Below the pieces are notes generated by a model that did not search any database, was not told the origin of the DNA, and saw nothing but the letters and a program-made list of their open reading frames with translations. DNA of 64,000 bases from Vicugna vicugna (taxonomy: Eukaryota), in the NCBI GenBank assembly GCA_013265495.1, contig MU057930.1, positions 133,599 to 197,598 on the forward strand, in the 5' to 3' direction. This document shows, piece by piece, positions 40,204 to 51,834 of the stretch (its first letter is position 1; the number at the start of each line of letters is the position of its first letter). The translations under genes were made by a program, and so were the position numbers.

Positions 40204-41184
40204 GTTGTACGCGTGCACACACACGCACAACCACATGAGGATATGCCAGCCCCCTGGGAGGGCAGGCGAGCCAGGCACCCTGCCCCCTGCATCTCCTGGA
40301 TGGCGGTCAGTTCTCACACGCGTCGCTTCCACGACTCCCACAAAAGCTGGCTGCAAACAGACCCGTGGGCTCCCTCTAAATCACCCCCACGGCCCCCTCC
40401 CTTGTCCACACCCTGCACGTCCCTGATCCTGTGTTCAACACCATCTCCTAGAGGCCAGCTCCTCTCCGACGGATGTCAGAGCGAATGCTCTGTAAATTCT
40501 GGATGTAATCCGATCGCACCCACATCCACCGTGCCTGGCACCCACAGCGCCAGCTGCCCCGTCCCAGAGGGGCGTCTAGGAGCCGCCACGGGACAACGCC
40601 TGCACCTGCTCCCTTCCTCCAGAAAGGAGTGAGTTTTGCAGCCTCAGCATCCAACCCTGAAGCATAGAGCTACCTGACCCTGGATTTGTTTTGGAGTCAC
40701 CGGGCGCCTCGAGAAGAAAGGCAACTAAGCGTTTGGCAAACAGGACGCTTGGCGAAGGCGCAATGTTTGCAGGGCGCGAGGACTGGGGGCTCCCTGCCAG
40801 GCTATGTTTAGGATGCTCTGGGTCACGGTTCTGTTTTAACCGCCCGCGGTGGAGGGCGGACCTCGGGCCTGGGGGACGGCCAGCGCCTGGACACCCAGCA
40901 ATGTGACAGCTCTCCGTGCGCAGAGCTCGCCGGCCACACGCCCGGATGCAGCAGGGACGGCTCCCAGACGGCGGTGCAGGAGAAGGAAACGGGGTCACCG
41001 TGGTGGTGTTTTCCGCCGTGAGTTCACCATGAAGATGGCTTACCTCAGTAAGACGCAGGCATGGTGGAGGGAACATTCCACGGCTCGGACCACGGGAGAC
41101 ATGTCTCATTCTAGGGAACCAACCCTGAGCCCAAGAACCTTGAAAAGGGAAAAAACATCTTCCCTTTTTTTTTTCCTTTTGGAC

Positions 41185-41420
41185 AGGGGAGGTAATTACG
41201 TTTATTTATTCATTCATTTATTCTTTTAATGGCAGTACTGGGGATTGGACCCAGGACCTTGTGCATGCTAAGCACACGCTCTACCACTGAGCTACGTCCT
41301 CCCGTGCCATTTTTTAAAAAATTCTTTTTCCCTCCCCCTTAACAGAGGCACTGGGGATTGAACCCAGGACTTCGTGCACGCCAAGCACGCGCTCCACCCC
41401 TGAGCTGTACCCCCACCCCT
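41185..41420 (-). mobile_element. Two tandem vic-1-like SINEs
   Basis: ggggaggtaattacgtttattt...ctctaccactgagcta, and gaggcactggggattgaacccagg...tgagctgtaccccc. Confidence 0.88.
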
Positions 41421-42071
41421 TGGTCTGTCATTTCACACGAGACGTTTTACAGCTGTTCTTCAAAAGAAAGGCTCATTGTTCCACCCACTACTTGGATGGC
41501 TCTCTAGGGAATGATGCCAAGCAGTGGGGAAAGGGAAAAAAAAAGCAGTTTCCAAAGGGTTCCATTGTGACCGTCCCCGCCCCTTCCTATGACATTTTTG
41601 AAATGACAAAATTACAGAAACGGAGCATAGATCAGTGGCGGTCAGGGGTGAAGGACAGGGTTGGGGGGTTGACATGAGAAAGGGGTGGGTGGGGCTTTGG
41701 AAGAGCCACACCGACGGGGTAGGCGTGGCGGGAACGAGCAGGGGGCTCCTAAAATTGCTCTATGGGTCACCCGCGATGTGAAGACTCTCAAACCCACACG
41801 TGCAACAAAATCACACGGATGTGCACACTCAGACACCCGGGGGCGAGTCCGAGTTAAAACAGGGAGCTGCGAAGAGATCCAGGGGAGACAGAGGACAGCA
41901 CGGTCGGGGTGCAGCCCTGCTGGCCTGCAAGACGGGCGCCGCTCGGGGAGAAAATGGGGCACAGTTTGCACAGGATCCTTCCATTTCCTGTTGTAACAAC
42001 TGCAGGAGAACCTACCATCCGCTCAAAGCAAGAACCTTTTTTTTTTTTAACATCAAAACTCAAGCCAAGGA

Positions 42072-42200
42072 GTGGGGAGATATAGCTCAAGTGGTAGAGC
42101 GCGTGCTTGTTAGCATGCATGAAATCCTGGGTGCAATCCTCGGTACCTTCTCTAAAAATAAAGTAAGGAGACCTAATTACCGCCTACCCCCCAAAAAACT
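42072..42200 (+). mobile_element. vic-1-like SINE
   Basis: ggggagatatagctcaagtggtagagcgcgtgc..., cctaattac tail; TSD aaaactcaagcca on both sides. Confidence 0.88.
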
Positions 42201-42629
42201 CAAGCCATACAATATAGCCTTCTCTTAAAGGAAAAAAAATTAAACTAAACTAAAAAAGCCAAAACAAGGAACTCTGCCCTCTTGGCCGCCGTCCAGTCCT
42301 TGTGAAATGACCCAGGACCGACGGTTCCTTCTGAAGGGCGGGGGACCCGGTGCCCCGGTTCTTGTATCAAAGACTCAGGGCTGGACACACACGCCGTCAT
42401 GAGACGAAGCGGACTCCAGGTACAGGCGTTTTCTAGACCCAGGCGGGCGTCACCAGCACCTCCCCTTTTGTCTACAAGGTTTCTGGACTTGGATTTATGT
42501 TCTGTGTTTCACATCTTCCGCCCGACGTTCTGTCTGAGGGCACGCAGGGCGGAGGTCCCTTCCCTCAGTCCTTAAGTCCTTTGCTCAGGTGCTGCGAAGG
42601 AAAATAATATCGTGCGTCTACAAAAGCAG

Positions 42630-43440
42630 CACTTGGAAAGGTGCTCAAGGGCACACAGCACCAGGAAAATGTAAATCAAAGGCACCGTGAGGCATGCCTC
42701 TTCACGCCCACAAAGATGGCTATTATACTGGGATAAAAAACAAAACAAAACAAACACCCAAGAAATAACAAAGTTGGTGAGGATGTAGACAAACAGGAAC
42801 CCTTCCACGCTGCTGGTAGGGATGTAAAATGGTACAGCCACGTTGGAAAAGAGTGCTGGGGGTGGGTCTCTGAAAGGTTAAACACACAGACACTACAGCC
42901 TGGCTATACCATTCCTTTGTGTCAATCTACCCAAGAGAAATGGAAAGAAGCATCTACTCAAAAATGTGTGATGAACACTGAAGACTCCATGACTCACAGT
43001 ACCCAGAAAAGTGGGAACCACCCAAGTGCATGGATGGATGGAAGGATGGATGAACAGAATGGTGTCCATCCACATGGGGGAATATTACTCAGCCAGGAAA
43101 AGGAGTGAAGCTCTGACACAGGCTACAATGTGGATGGACCCTGAACACAGGATGCTCAAGAGAGAGAAGCAGACACGGAAGATCGTATATTCTATAATTC
43201 AATATTTATGAAAAGCTGAAATAGGGAAATGCATGCAGACAGGAAGCAGATGGTAGCCAGAGGCTGGGAGGATGGAGGAATGGTGAATGCTGGGGAATAG
43301 GTCCAGGGTTTCTTGAGGTGGGGGGGTGATAAAAACGTCCTGAAATGACAGAGATGTGGCACTTACATGATTCTTCAAGTATACTAATGTGTGGCATTTG
43401 ATGGTGTGTCATACGGGGAACTATTTCTCAATAAAGTGGT
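42630..43440 (+). mobile_element. Older LINE-1 (L1M-type) 3' region
   Basis: gttggtgaggatgtaga.., gtaaaatggtacagccac, aatattactcagcc, ending tttctcaataaag. Confidence 0.75.
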
Positions 43441-44185
43441 TTATAATGGGGGACACCTTACTTAATCGTGAGTAATGGCAGATGGGTGGAGATGTGGGGA
43501 TTCTGGCATCCTGCTCATCGATGAGGAATCAGCCACTAGATTCTATCCAAGCACATCCACCATGAATCTTCCACAATGTTATAGGTCCATTGATCTCAAT
43601 AAAACTGGGTGGGGGAAGAAATGGGACAACACAGGGGTGTGCATAACTAACAGGGAATTACCTGGAGGCCGGGGCGATCACGCTTTCCATGAGAAAAACA
43701 GTTCAGAACTTTAGGAAAGAAAGTGACCCCCACCCCGAAAAAAACAAACAAACAAAGAGTCAAATATTCTGTGGTCACTTATACTTGGCTGTCAGTAAAC
43801 TACAGAGAAATGATGGCATGAAGAGAAACAGGATACAAAGTTGTACGCAATGTCTAATGATGGAAAAAAACTGAGTAATATTAGAGACATGAATCAAATG
43901 TTCATAGCAAAAGAGAAAAAGGAAAAAATCACGTCCACCAAGAACGACCTCTGAGAAGACTTCAATGTCAAGGAAGTCTTTAAAGTCGACAAAAAGAGTG
44001 GAGCAGACCCAAGGGAGGGATTTTCACACGAGGGGAAGACACCTGGTGCCTGACTCCTTCAATATGAGGCAGTGAAATATTTTCTGACACGTCCTTTCAA
44101 GCCAGGGAGGGAGTGGGCCCCTGTACTCCTTGGACCCTGCATCTCTTATCGGCTTTCTTGTCGGGTAATCTATGGATGTAACACG

Positions 44186-44615
44186 TGTATCAGTTATGGA
44201 TCAAGCCAGAGAAACAGAGCAACAGAACAAGGAGAAAGAGAGATTATTTGAAGGAATTGGTTCATGCAATTGTAGACATACAAAGGTGCCAACTCAAAAA
44301 TCTGCAGAGTAGACCAGCAGGCGGGAGACCCAGGGAGGAGCTGATGTCACATTCCAAGCCCAAACACCATCTGGAGGCAGAATTCCCCCTTCCTCGGGGA
44401 CCTCGGTCTTTCTTTCCTCCTAACACCTTCAACTGATTGTATGAGGCCCACCCACAGCATGGAGGGCAATCTGCTTGACTCAAAATCTACCGATTTCAAT
44501 GTGAACCTCATCTTAAAAAAAAAAAAACCTTCTCAGAGACATCCAGGCTAGTTGTTTGAACACAGAAGAGCTGGGTCCATGGCCTAGCCACACTGGCATA
44601 AAATTAACCAGCACA
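44186..44615 (-). mobile_element. MLT2-like (ERVL) LTR
   Basis: tgtatcag..ccagagaaacagagc, aggaattggttcatgcaattgt, tgaggcccacccaca..gagggcaatctgctt, cataaaattaaccagcaca. Confidence 0.8.
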
Positions 44616-44789
44616 AAGTATGAGAGTTTTTAATGCAACAATGAGCCCTAACGAACTTCTGATGGGCATTATCTCAAAGCATGGACCCAGCTCTGAGAGT
44701 GAACTTCTTCCTTAGCCGAGCCATGGCCTCTAGTGAGACCTAGAGGAGAACTCTGGTGCAGCCACTAGGGATAACAGTACAGAATGACA

Positions 44790-45180
44790 TTCTGGAAATG
44801 CAGACAGTAAAAAGATCAGCGGTTGCCGGGTGGGGAGGGGGAGGGGGAGGGGATAAGCAGGTGGAGCAGAGGGTTTTTAGGGCTGTGACACTTCTCTGCA
44901 CGATCCTATAACGATGGGAGACATGTCATTACACATTTGTCCAAACCCAGAGACTGTCCAACACCAAGGTGGGCTGTAATGTAAACTGTGGATTCGGGTG
45001 GGGGTGTGTGAGGATGTGTCCACAAAGGTTCATCCACTGGGAACAATGTACCCTCTGGTGGGGGGTTGTTGATGAGAGGGAGCTGGTGCACACGTCAGGG
45101 CAGGGGGTGCACAGGAGGAAATCTGTACACTTTCCTCTCAGTTTTACTGTGAACATGAAACTGCTCTAAAATATGGTTTA
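44790..45180 (+). mobile_element. L1MC-like 3' fragment
   Basis: gacattctggaaa.., catgtcattacacatttgtccaaaccca, ttttactgtgaacatgaaactgctctaaaa. Confidence 0.7.
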
Positions 45181-45284
45181 CTGATTTTTTTTAAGGTTAT
45201 GCTAGGAGTAGGGGACAGGAAGGACCCACACAGAAGGACACTGCTGTGTGGGGAGAAGCCCCAGTGGTGACAAGAATAAATCCA

Positions 45285-45520
45285 GAGGGGAGGGTGTAGC
45301 TCAAGTGGTAGAGTGTGTGCTTAGCACACAGGTCCTGGGTTCAATCCCCACTTCCTCCTCTGAAAATATACAAGTAAACCTAATTACCTCCCCCCTAAAA
45401 ATAAACAATAAAACATTTTTTAGAGATTTTGAAAAAGGGGGTTAGGGTATAGCTTAAGTGGTAGAGCATGTGCTTGGCGTGCACAAGGTCCTGTGTTCAA
45501 TCCCCAGTGCCTCTGTTAAT
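45285..45520 (+). mobile_element. Two tandem vic-1-like SINEs
   Basis: ggggagggtgtagctcaagtggtagag... with a cctaattacctcccc tail, then gggtatagcttaagtggtagagcatgtgc... Confidence 0.9.
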
Positions 45521-46857
45521 AGGAATACATAGATGGTGGATAGTAAATACGTAAGTAGAGATAATCAATCCCCCAGGCACAGAATCACAAACCTTAGTCA
45601 GTACGTAGCCAACTGGCCGGGGACACAATGGTCCCGTCACCTGCCGGCCCATAAAGCCCCTCCCAGCGTCCTCACTGCCCTGCAGGAGATGCCGCCTTCC
45701 CCCTCTCAGCTCCTCTCCAACCACCACCTCGTTTCCACGAAAACCCAGCCAGGAGCCTCCTACAAGCAGAAGCCCCGAGGAGACGCGGCACACCACGTAC
45801 CGCCTCCCAGAACCCCCGCCGTCCGGGGGGGGGGCCAGGCATCGGCTGCCGACCCCCCAGGAGAACTCCCCCTCCGAAGGCATCTGTGGAGGCCGCAGGG
45901 TTCCACCCGCCTCCTGGAGGAAACGCTTCCTGAGGGACGCGCTCCCCGCCGGGTGCCATCTGCCACCTGCTCCCGGTGCCTCCTGCCTCGTCTCGCATGA
46001 CAGGAAACACAATCGAGGGAGTTTGGGTCAATCTAGAAGGCGAACAAACGGGGCTGAAACCCAGCGGCGGGCAGCGCTTCCCGGCCTTGCTTCAGGCCAG
46101 AGGTCGAACTCCTGAGCGGATCTGGCAAGGGTGCGCCCAGGAAAACAGAGGCCAGCGCCCCAACCAAGGTGCTTCCAGCCTTGGAGAAACGGACCAGGAA
46201 GCCGGAGAAAACACAGGTCCGGAATCACAGGTCCCGGAGGGCTCCGCGGCGGCACGCCCGGCCCTGCAGCCAGCAGCCCGGGTCTGCGGAGAGGAGGAGG
46301 GGACCAGAGGGCCAGGATCGTGACCCCAGCCCAACAGACCTCCGGCTGCGTGCCCGGCTGGGCTCCCACAGACGGCTGTGGTGGGGTGGTGGACGTGCCT
46401 GCCAGAGGCACGCGAGGAAAAGCATGAGCTGCCTTCCCCCCCGCCGCCCGGGGCAAGGCTGCAGCCACGAGAGCTCGGAAGCAGGTGGCCGAGGGCCCCC
46501 CGACCCCGTACAAGTCAGAGCCCGAAGGCCCAGCCACGAGTGTGCAAGATGTGCGAGGCACACAGCAGCTCGTGTTTCCAGGCAAAGGTACAAACCCGGT
46601 GCCGTTGGCCAGAGCAGCCATGAGGCATCCAAGTCTGTGTCTTAATACAGGATGGTTTGTAGCATGAGGACCCACAGGGCTGCACGTTTCCAAGGAAAAG
46701 AATTCTAGTTGTTTGTCCAGGATTGGTCCAGGCTGCACCCAGCACAGCCTTCACGGGTCAATCAAGCCCCACATGTGAGGACCAGGGCCACGGAAACATC
46801 CTTTGCCCCTTGGCTGAAAACACATTTAAACGCTTGATGTAAAAGATGTCACACACA

Positions 46858-46888
<31 letters not shown>

Positions 46889-46891
<3 letters not shown>

Positions 46892-47346
46892 GGAGTATTA
46901 CTCAGCCATAAAAAAGAATGAAATCATGCTGTTTGCAGAAACATGGATGGACTAGGAGATGATCAGACTAAGTGAAGTCAGACAGAGAAGGACAAATATC
47001 CTATGATACCACTTGGATGTGGAATCTAAAACAAATGATGCAAATGAACTTATTTACGAAACAGAGCCACAGACTAAAAACAAACTGACCAGAGGGAGAT
47101 GGGAAGGGGTAAAGTGGGAGTTCGAGATTTGCAGGTACAAACTACTGTAAATAAAATAGATAAACAACAAGTTTACAGTGGGTAGCACAGGGAACTATAC
47201 TCAGTATAGTGACCTATAATGAAAAATAATCTGAAAAGGAATACATGTTATGTGTACTCATGACCGCAAGACGGTGCTGTGCACCAGAAATGGACACAAT
47301 CTTGAAAACTGACTAGACTTCAATGAAAAAATGAATAAAAATAAAA
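46889..47346 (+). mobile_element. LINE-1 3' end preceded by (CA)n (46850-46888)
   Basis: gagtattactcagccataaaaaagaatgaaatcatgc..., gcaccagaaatggacaca, A-rich tail. Confidence 0.88.
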
Positions 47347-48013
47347 ACACACCCCCGAATCTATCATTCCCTGAGCTGGTTTTCCCTTCCCTTCTTGGGG
47401 CTGCTATGAAAAGTTAACATGAGGCCGCGCTGCAGAAGAGGAGGAAAAAAACAGCTCAAAATGATGACCTTACAGCAAGATGTGAGCATGAGACACAGCG
47501 TTTTGAGGAAGCAGAGAAAGACGAGTTTAACAGCAAGATCTAAGCACAAAACACACGCGCACACACAGAGGATCTTGAGGAAGCAGGTGCTGGGCAGACC
47601 CAGATAAGAGACGGCCGTAACGGTCAGTGTCTTTACGAGAAATCCTGGACGACACCAAATCCGAGTCACTTATCGAGCCGTCCCACTTAACATCTGGTGG
47701 GGAACCCTCTGGAAGTGGCGGGTTGTCACGACTGAAATCTGGCCCATTTATTTAAACTCAAAAATGTTTGTGGAGAAAGATTAAATGTTTGAACCCGCCT
47801 CCCCTTCCCCCCTGGGAACACAGGCAAACCATAAAATGCAGTAAGAAAAATAGGACAGGATGTTGACCGTGGGGTCTGGCTGTCTCTGGGGTACTGTGTC
47901 TTCTTAAGTGGAAGGGTGGGGAGTGGGGGGAGGACACAGGAAAGGATGGAAAACCCCCAGGTACCCGCATGCTACACCCCAGTCCGTGTTCTCTGCTTAG
48001 AAAGACTCGGGTT

Positions 48014-48200
48014 AGGGGGCAGGTGTAGCTCAGTGGGAGAGCACATGGTGAGCATCCACGAGGTCCTGGGTTCAATCCCCAGTGCCGCTACTTAAAAAGT
48101 AAATAAATAAACCTAATTACCTCCCCCACCAAAAAAAAATTTTTTTAAATAAAAAAATAAACTATCAGTTGATTAAAAAAAGAAAAGAAAAGAAAAGAAA
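48014..48200 (+). mobile_element. vic-1-like SINE with A-rich tail
   Basis: gggggcaggtgtagctcagtggga..gaggtcctgggttcaatccccagt, aaacctaattacctcccc. Confidence 0.88.
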
Positions 48201-48293
48201 GGCTCAGGTTTATAAAACCAACCTCCTTGTCATTCAGCCCAGGCCCAACAGAAGGCCAGCCCACGGAAGGAAAGTGGTGGCTTTATACGTGGC

Positions 48294-48299
48294 TTTATT
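48294..48299 (-). terminator. Candidate ZBED1 polyadenylation signal (distal AATAAA)
   Basis: AATAAA on minus followed by GU-rich ccttccgtgggctggccttctgttggg; sits at the end of unique sequence before a SINE. Confidence 0.5.
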
Positions 48300-48389
48300 C
48301 CCCATAAAGACATTCTGATGCAAAAAGACTCACACATGCATCACAGCGCTGGATCCCCGAAGACCCCGAAACAAAGCACAGCGAACTTA

Positions 48390-48395
48390 TTTATT
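48390..48395 (-). terminator. Candidate ZBED1 polyadenylation signal (proximal AATAAA)
   Basis: tttatt on plus is AATAAA on minus, followed downstream by GU/U-rich ctgtgctttgtttcgggg; about 1.3 kb after the stop codon. Confidence 0.5.
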
Positions 48396-49675
48396 CTTCA
48401 CGGCCTGGAAAAGGTTCTTTAAGCAAACAAATAGACCAAGGAGTGAAAAAAAAACCACTTTCTCTCGTGGCCAGGCAGTTTGGGGCCAGGGCTGGCATCA
48501 CTGACACACGCCAGCTACACAGGTAAATGAGAAGTCGGCTTACTTCTGGGCTTTCTGGAACGAGAGTCAAACTTGAAAGCACAGAATAAGAAAAAAAAAT
48601 ACAGGTGGGGAGGAGAGCCGGCAACCGGACGAGGGCTTCGGAAAACCAGCAGGGGAAAGGCAGAGGCTGCTGGCGAGAGGGACACACGTATCATGAGCTA
48701 CAGAAAGCCAAGATTTTAAGAAGTAAGTCTGCAGGGGCCGGATGGAAGCAGCAGAATATAGCCCGTGGAGGCAGGAGGTACGTCTCTGGGGCTGATCTTC
48801 CAGCCTGGGAGCAGAGTGGGGACACCTTACAGAGCCGGGACCTGGGACTCCTTCCGGCCGCCCTGCTCCTGAGACTCAGACCTGAGGGTCTCTTGAGACA
48901 GCGAAGCCATCTCTTTCTTTCCAAGAAAAAGGGCAGGGTTCTCGGTGTTTAAGAGCAGGCTCTCCAAGGCGGGGAGGGGGAATCCTTCTGTAGTCTCGTC
49001 CCAGGAAAAGAGACTCTGGGGAAACCCAAAGTTTTAGCACCAGCCGCACAAGCACCCAAACCACCTCCAGACCCACGTGCTCTGGGGCTTGCAAGGACCG
49101 TGAATTCCGGCAAGGGGAGGGGAAAAAAAAAAAAAGACTCATTAACGGCGGAAAATTCAACACACCCCACACCTCTTTTCTGCTTTTTTATAAGCGGTTG
49201 CATTGCACCCTCCATTTTAACACCTCCCACCCAACGTAAAACCAGTCTCTCTTCCAAACAGGGTACAGTGTCTCCCCGTGCGCACCGGTACCCACAGGTC
49301 GCTCAAATCCAGCGAGACGGCTTGTGTGCAGGAGACAGAAGGAGGCTGATCTCGACTGCAGACGTTTCCTTGTTTTTCTCCGATTTAAACCCAAACCCTC
49401 CCTGGCGGAGAAAGCGAATGCTGGGATAAGGGGATGATGTAGAAAATAAAGCATCCGACGTGGACTTAGGCGTCTGGAATCCTACGAGCCAACATTTACA
49501 GCTTCTCCAAGTCACGCCTTTCCCTTTGGCAGGGAGGCGAGCCCCGCCCCCGCGAGGAAGCACGCCCCATGTCCCCACCGCAAAGCCGGGTCTCTGTTGC
49601 TCCGTGTTCCGGGTCGCGGCGGACAACAGAGCCCCGGCCAGGGCCCCCGCACCACCCCCGCCCCCGGCGCGCCGG

Positions 49676-51784
49676 CTACACGAAGCCGCCGTCCCGGACG
49701 CCCAGGTAGCCGGCGTGGCCCGCGTCCCCCAGCGCGCAGCCCTGCTCGTGGTCCAGGCCCCACTCGCCCTCGTCCTCGTCCTCCAGCTCGGCGCCGGCGC
49801 CGGCGCGCGCGTTCTCGTACAGGAAGACCTGCTCGTCCACGTGCGCGGGGGCCAGGCGGTTGCGCTTGGCGAGGACCACGTTGGCCGCCGAGCCGAAGAG
49901 GCGCTCGGGGCAGACGCGCGTGGCCGCCACGCACCAGTACCTCTGCAGCACCTTGGGGAGCACGGGGAACAGGGCCAGGCGGTCCGACCACCACTTGAGC
50001 GGGTCCTCGCCGAGGCCCAGCACCTTCTGGGACTTGAAGTTGCTCAGCTCCTCCACCACCTGCGCGTGCCACTCCTCCTGGTCCTCCACGCCCCCCGTCG
50101 GGCAGAAGATCTCCGCCAACATGTTGTTAATGACGCTGGCGGGCGCCGGCGTGGGCGAGAGCGCCCGCTTCTTGGCCGGCGGCTCGTCGGGCACGGTGTA
50201 CACCTTGTCCTCAGCGGGCCGGCAGGCGCCCTCCTTCAGCTTCTCCAGGAGCCCCTTGGCCTCCTCCACCACCCGGTTCTCCACCTGCTGGCGCTCGAAG
50301 GCGGACAGGAAGGGCAGCCTCTTGTAGCGCGGGTCCAGGAAGGTGGCCACGTTGAGGAACATGTCGATCTCGGGCGCCTCCTGGTAGGTCCTGGCCAGCT
50401 CCTTGGCGATCACCTCCTTGGCCATGCTGATCTCCTTGGAGTCGGTCTCCTTGACGTTCAGCGTGGTGTTGAGCAGCATGTGCAGGAGGGGCTTCACCAT
50501 GCTGATACTGGGGTACCTGGAGGCCGAGAGCATCTCGGCCACCTGCTGGAACGGCTGCAGGAGGTCCACCAGCCCCTCGATGGTGGCCCACTCGGCGGCC
50601 TCCAGCATCAGGTGGTGGTTGTTGCTGTCCTCCAGCAGGACGCCGGCCACGGCGAACTGCTGCTCCTTGAGGCGCTGCAGCATGGCCAGCGTGCTGCCCC
50701 AGCCGGGCACGCGGTTGCTGACCAGCATGCAGGGCGCGGCGCGCTGCTGCGTCTGCTTCTGGTAGAGCATGTACATGGCCACAGTGGACTGCTGGAAGTA
50801 CTCCACCAGCCGGCGGCAGCGCGCCAGCAGCGCGCCCAGCTTGGGCAGCTGGAAGGCCTGCTGGATGCCGGCGTCGAACGTGTGCCCGAGGCAGGGCATC
50901 TGCACCGCGATGTCCAGCAGCGAGCAGGCCTTGGCCACGTCCTTCCCGCCGTCCGTGGTGGCCCCGAACACCTTGGAGCTGACGCCCCACTCGATGAAGG
51001 TCTCGTACAGGACGCGGGTGATGGTCTCCGCCGCGTTGTCCTCGGGCACCTCGAAGGTCTTCAGGCAGCGGGAGCCCACGGACAGGCCGTGGGGGGCGCC
51101 GCCGCCGCCGCCGAGGAAGTGGGCGGCCAGCGTCACGTAGGTGCGGTTCTGGCTCTCGCTGCGCCACAGGTCGGTGGAGATCCCGCAGCACGCGGCGTCC
51201 GCCAGCTCCTTGAGCACCGCGTCGCGCACGGCGCCGTAGCGCTCGGGGATGGCCTTGCTGCAGAAGAACTTCCTGCTGGGCAGCTCGTAGCGCGGCTCGG
51301 CCGTCCGCAGCAGCACCTTGAAGGTGGGCTCGTCCACGATGGATGCGGGGTAGAGCCCCTCGCAGATCAGGCCCATGACGGCGGCCGTCAGCTCCTGCTG
51401 CCTCTTGCCCTCGTGGCCGTGCGCCCCCTTGGCGGCCGCCAGCGGGTCCTGCGCGCCCGGCGGGTGCGGCGCAGCGGCAGCCGCCTCGGGCTTGAGCTTG
51501 GAGAAGGCGGTGGCGAAGGCCTCGCGCATCTGCTCCGTGTTGCTCTTGACGAACTCACAGAACTCGTCGGGGTGGTTCTTCTCCAGGTGGTAGGAGAGGT
51601 TGGACGTGTTGCCGGAGTAGGCGATCTGCGCCATGCAGATGCGGCAATAGATCTTCTTCCACTGCAGGATGCAGCCGTCGGCGTTCGTGTCGAAGCCGAA
51701 GTACCGCCACACCTTGCTCTTGGCCCGCGGGTGCGCCACGAGCTTCAGGTCGCTCTGCGAGCTGTCCAGGCTCTTGCCCTCCAT
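49676..51784 (-). CDS. ZBED1: Zinc finger BED domain-containing protein 1 (hDREF/TRAMP), domesticated hAT transposase; intact single coding exon, 702 aa
   Basis: Uninterrupted [35 protein letters not shown]..., recognisably orthologous to human ZBED1 along its length. It has an N-terminal BED finger (W..F...C-x2-C...H-x4-H), a hAT core (STDLW, TTDGG, CLGH) and a C-terminal hAT dimerisation domain ([15 protein letters not shown]...PERLFGSA). Strong Kozak context GCGATGG. Confidence 0.98.
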   Translation of the reverse strand: MEGKSLDSSQSDLKLVAHPRAKSKVWRYFGFDTNADGCILQWKKIYCRICMAQIAYSGNTSNLSYHLEKNHPDEFCEFVKSNTEQMREAFATAFSKLKPEAAAAAPHPPGAQDPLAAAKGAHGHEGKRQQELTAAVMGLICEGLYPASIVDEPTFKVLLRTAEPRYELPSRKFFCSKAIPERYGAVRDAVLKELADAACCGISTDLWRSESQNRTYVTLAAHFLGGGGGAPHGLSVGSRCLKTFEVPEDNAAETITRVLYETFIEWGVSSKVFGATTDGGKDVAKACSLLDIAVQMPCLGHTFDAGIQQAFQLPKLGALLARCRRLVEYFQQSTVAMYMLYQKQTQQRAAPCMLVSNRVPGWGSTLAMLQRLKEQQFAVAGVLLEDSNNHHLMLEAAEWATIEGLVDLLQPFQQVAEMLSASRYPSISMVKPLLHMLLNTTLNVKETDSKEISMAKEVIAKELARTYQEAPEIDMFLNVATFLDPRYKRLPFLSAFERQQVENRVVEEAKGLLEKLKEGACRPAEDKVYTVPDEPPAKKRALSPTPAPASVINNMLAEIFCPTGGVEDQEEWHAQVVEELSNFKSQKVLGLGEDPLKWWSDRLALFPVLPKVLQRYWCVAATRVCPERLFGSAANVVLAKRNRLAPAHVDEQVFLYENARAGAGAELEDEDEGEWGLDHEQGCALGDAGHAGYLGVRDGGFV

Positions 51785-51834
51785 CGCGCCGCCGCCCGGG
51801 CCTGCCCGCCCGGCCTCCGCTCATTCGGGGCGAC

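Noticed and set aside
39251..40632. 278-aa and 259-aa plus-strand ORFs
   Set aside because: Pro/Ser-rich with no recognisable homology, and they overlap a MaLR LTR remnant; expected by chance in GC-rich DNA.
50211..51191. 326-aa alternative-frame ORF within ZBED1, and other overlapping ORFs at 49512-51593
   Set aside because: Arg/Gly/Pro/Ala-rich by-products of very high GC; no independent evidence.
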